Shown here: in pieces, positions 62,900-64,000 of the stretch
How positions within the stretch are numbered: position 1 is the stretch's first letter
Layout of the letters: each line of letters begins with the position of its first letter
Origin: Octopus sinensis
Taxonomy: Eukaryota
Assembly: GCF_006345805.1 (NCBI RefSeq)
Contig: NC_042999.1
Location: forward strand, 55,242,001 to 55,306,000
Length of the DNA: 64,000 nucleotides
Reading direction: 5' to 3'
Notes under the pieces: model-generated
Seen by the model: the letters and a program-made list of their open reading frames with translations, nothing else
Database searches by the model: none
What the model was told of the DNA's origin: nothing
Translations under genes and position numbers: made by a program

Positions 62900-63218
62900 G
62901 GTGCAGGAATGGCTGTATGGTAAGAAGCTTGCTTCCCAACAACATGGTTCCAGGTTCAGTCCCACTGCGTGACACTTTACGCAAGTGTCTTTTACTATAG
63001 CCTCGGGCTGATTGAAGCCTTGTGAGTGGATATGATATGTTTTCCCTCACCATCTCTTGACAAACGATGTTAGTGTGTTTACGTCCCCGAACAGCAAAAG
63101 AGACCGATAGAATAAGTGATATTCTTACAAAGAATAAGTCCTTAGTCTATTTGTTCGACTAAAGGTGGTACTTAATGACTTAAACAAGTAAAAGACAAAA
63201 AGAATATATGCATGTATT

Positions 63219-63255
<37 letters not shown>

Positions 63256-63282
63256 ATGTATGTATGTATGTATGTATGTATG

Positions 63283-63316
<34 letters not shown>

Positions 63317-63330
63317 TATATATATATATA

Positions 63331-63397
<67 letters not shown>

Positions 63398-64000
63398 AAT
63401 ATATATATATATATAATATATATATATCAAGAGTTGACCAGACAGAACACAAGGAGAAAACGTTAGAGAAAAGCAGAGCAAAAGAGAAACTAGACGAAAA
63501 CTTAACGGATGGGAAATACAGACAAAGACGCGATACACTGAATATTCGCAGCTGAGTTTTCTCGTTAGTCAATGAGCCAAAATATCATAGCAGTTTCGTG
63601 CCATTATCACTGAGACCACCCAATCTTGGAGGTGCCAGTGCTATTATTAACCTACTGGGAAAAAACTAGCGTATTTATATAAATACAGCAGACGAAGAAT
63701 TATGCATATATAACAGCACGAAGCCTTACGGTTATATGCAACAGATGAAAAAAAACTCTGATAATTATACAAATACCACAAATACAATAGAAAGAGCTTT
63801 GCAGCTATCAAAAAAACTTAGTAGAGAAGCGCTGGGGTAAATGGATGTAGCAGGAACCCAGACTAGCATGACCAGTCTTGCCAAAGGTAGTGCGAAAAAG
63901 AACAACACTGCCTTCACCGGACAACGGTCACGTGGTAGGGTAGAGGAAGTATAAAGAGGGGGAAAGAATGGGATACAAAGAGGGAGAGAGAGAACGAAGG

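Noticed and set aside
63560-64000. LINE remnant at the right edge (VEKRWGKW-like)
   Set aside because: Only a few residues resemble L1 C-termini, with many stops. Not enough to call.

Overview
Repeat-saturated eukaryotic DNA, most likely from an octopus (inferred from the tRNA-derived SINE families, microsatellite density and LINE types). The only host coding sequence I can support is one minus-strand exon (21854-22999) of a mitochondrial-clan cytochrome P450 (LPGPKGWPFLG motif, ending HKVQ at a phase-0 CAG|GTAAGT donor). It has an unusual in-frame ~290-codon low-complexity N-terminal extension. I found no convincing downstream exon, so positions 1-21853 are probably one large intron. The rest is three abundant SINE families, degenerate LINEs (RTE, Tx1/L1-like, CR1-like, HERO/R2-type), mariner-type and Helentron-like remnants, MITE/fold-back palindromes, a 28-bp minisatellite, a 1.27-kb tandem duplication and many microsatellites. 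Most tracked ORFs are artefacts of simple repeats. Main points of interest: (i) a ~190-bp repeat with minimal hammerhead-ribozyme folds, most with a variant CUGUNGA core; (ii) a tRNA-headed element with a Penelope-like tail and inverted end; (iii) two SINE-LINE shared-3'-tail pairs visible in the window; (iv) the CYP N-terminal architecture. Repeat boundaries were read by eye and are approximate. No searches were run.
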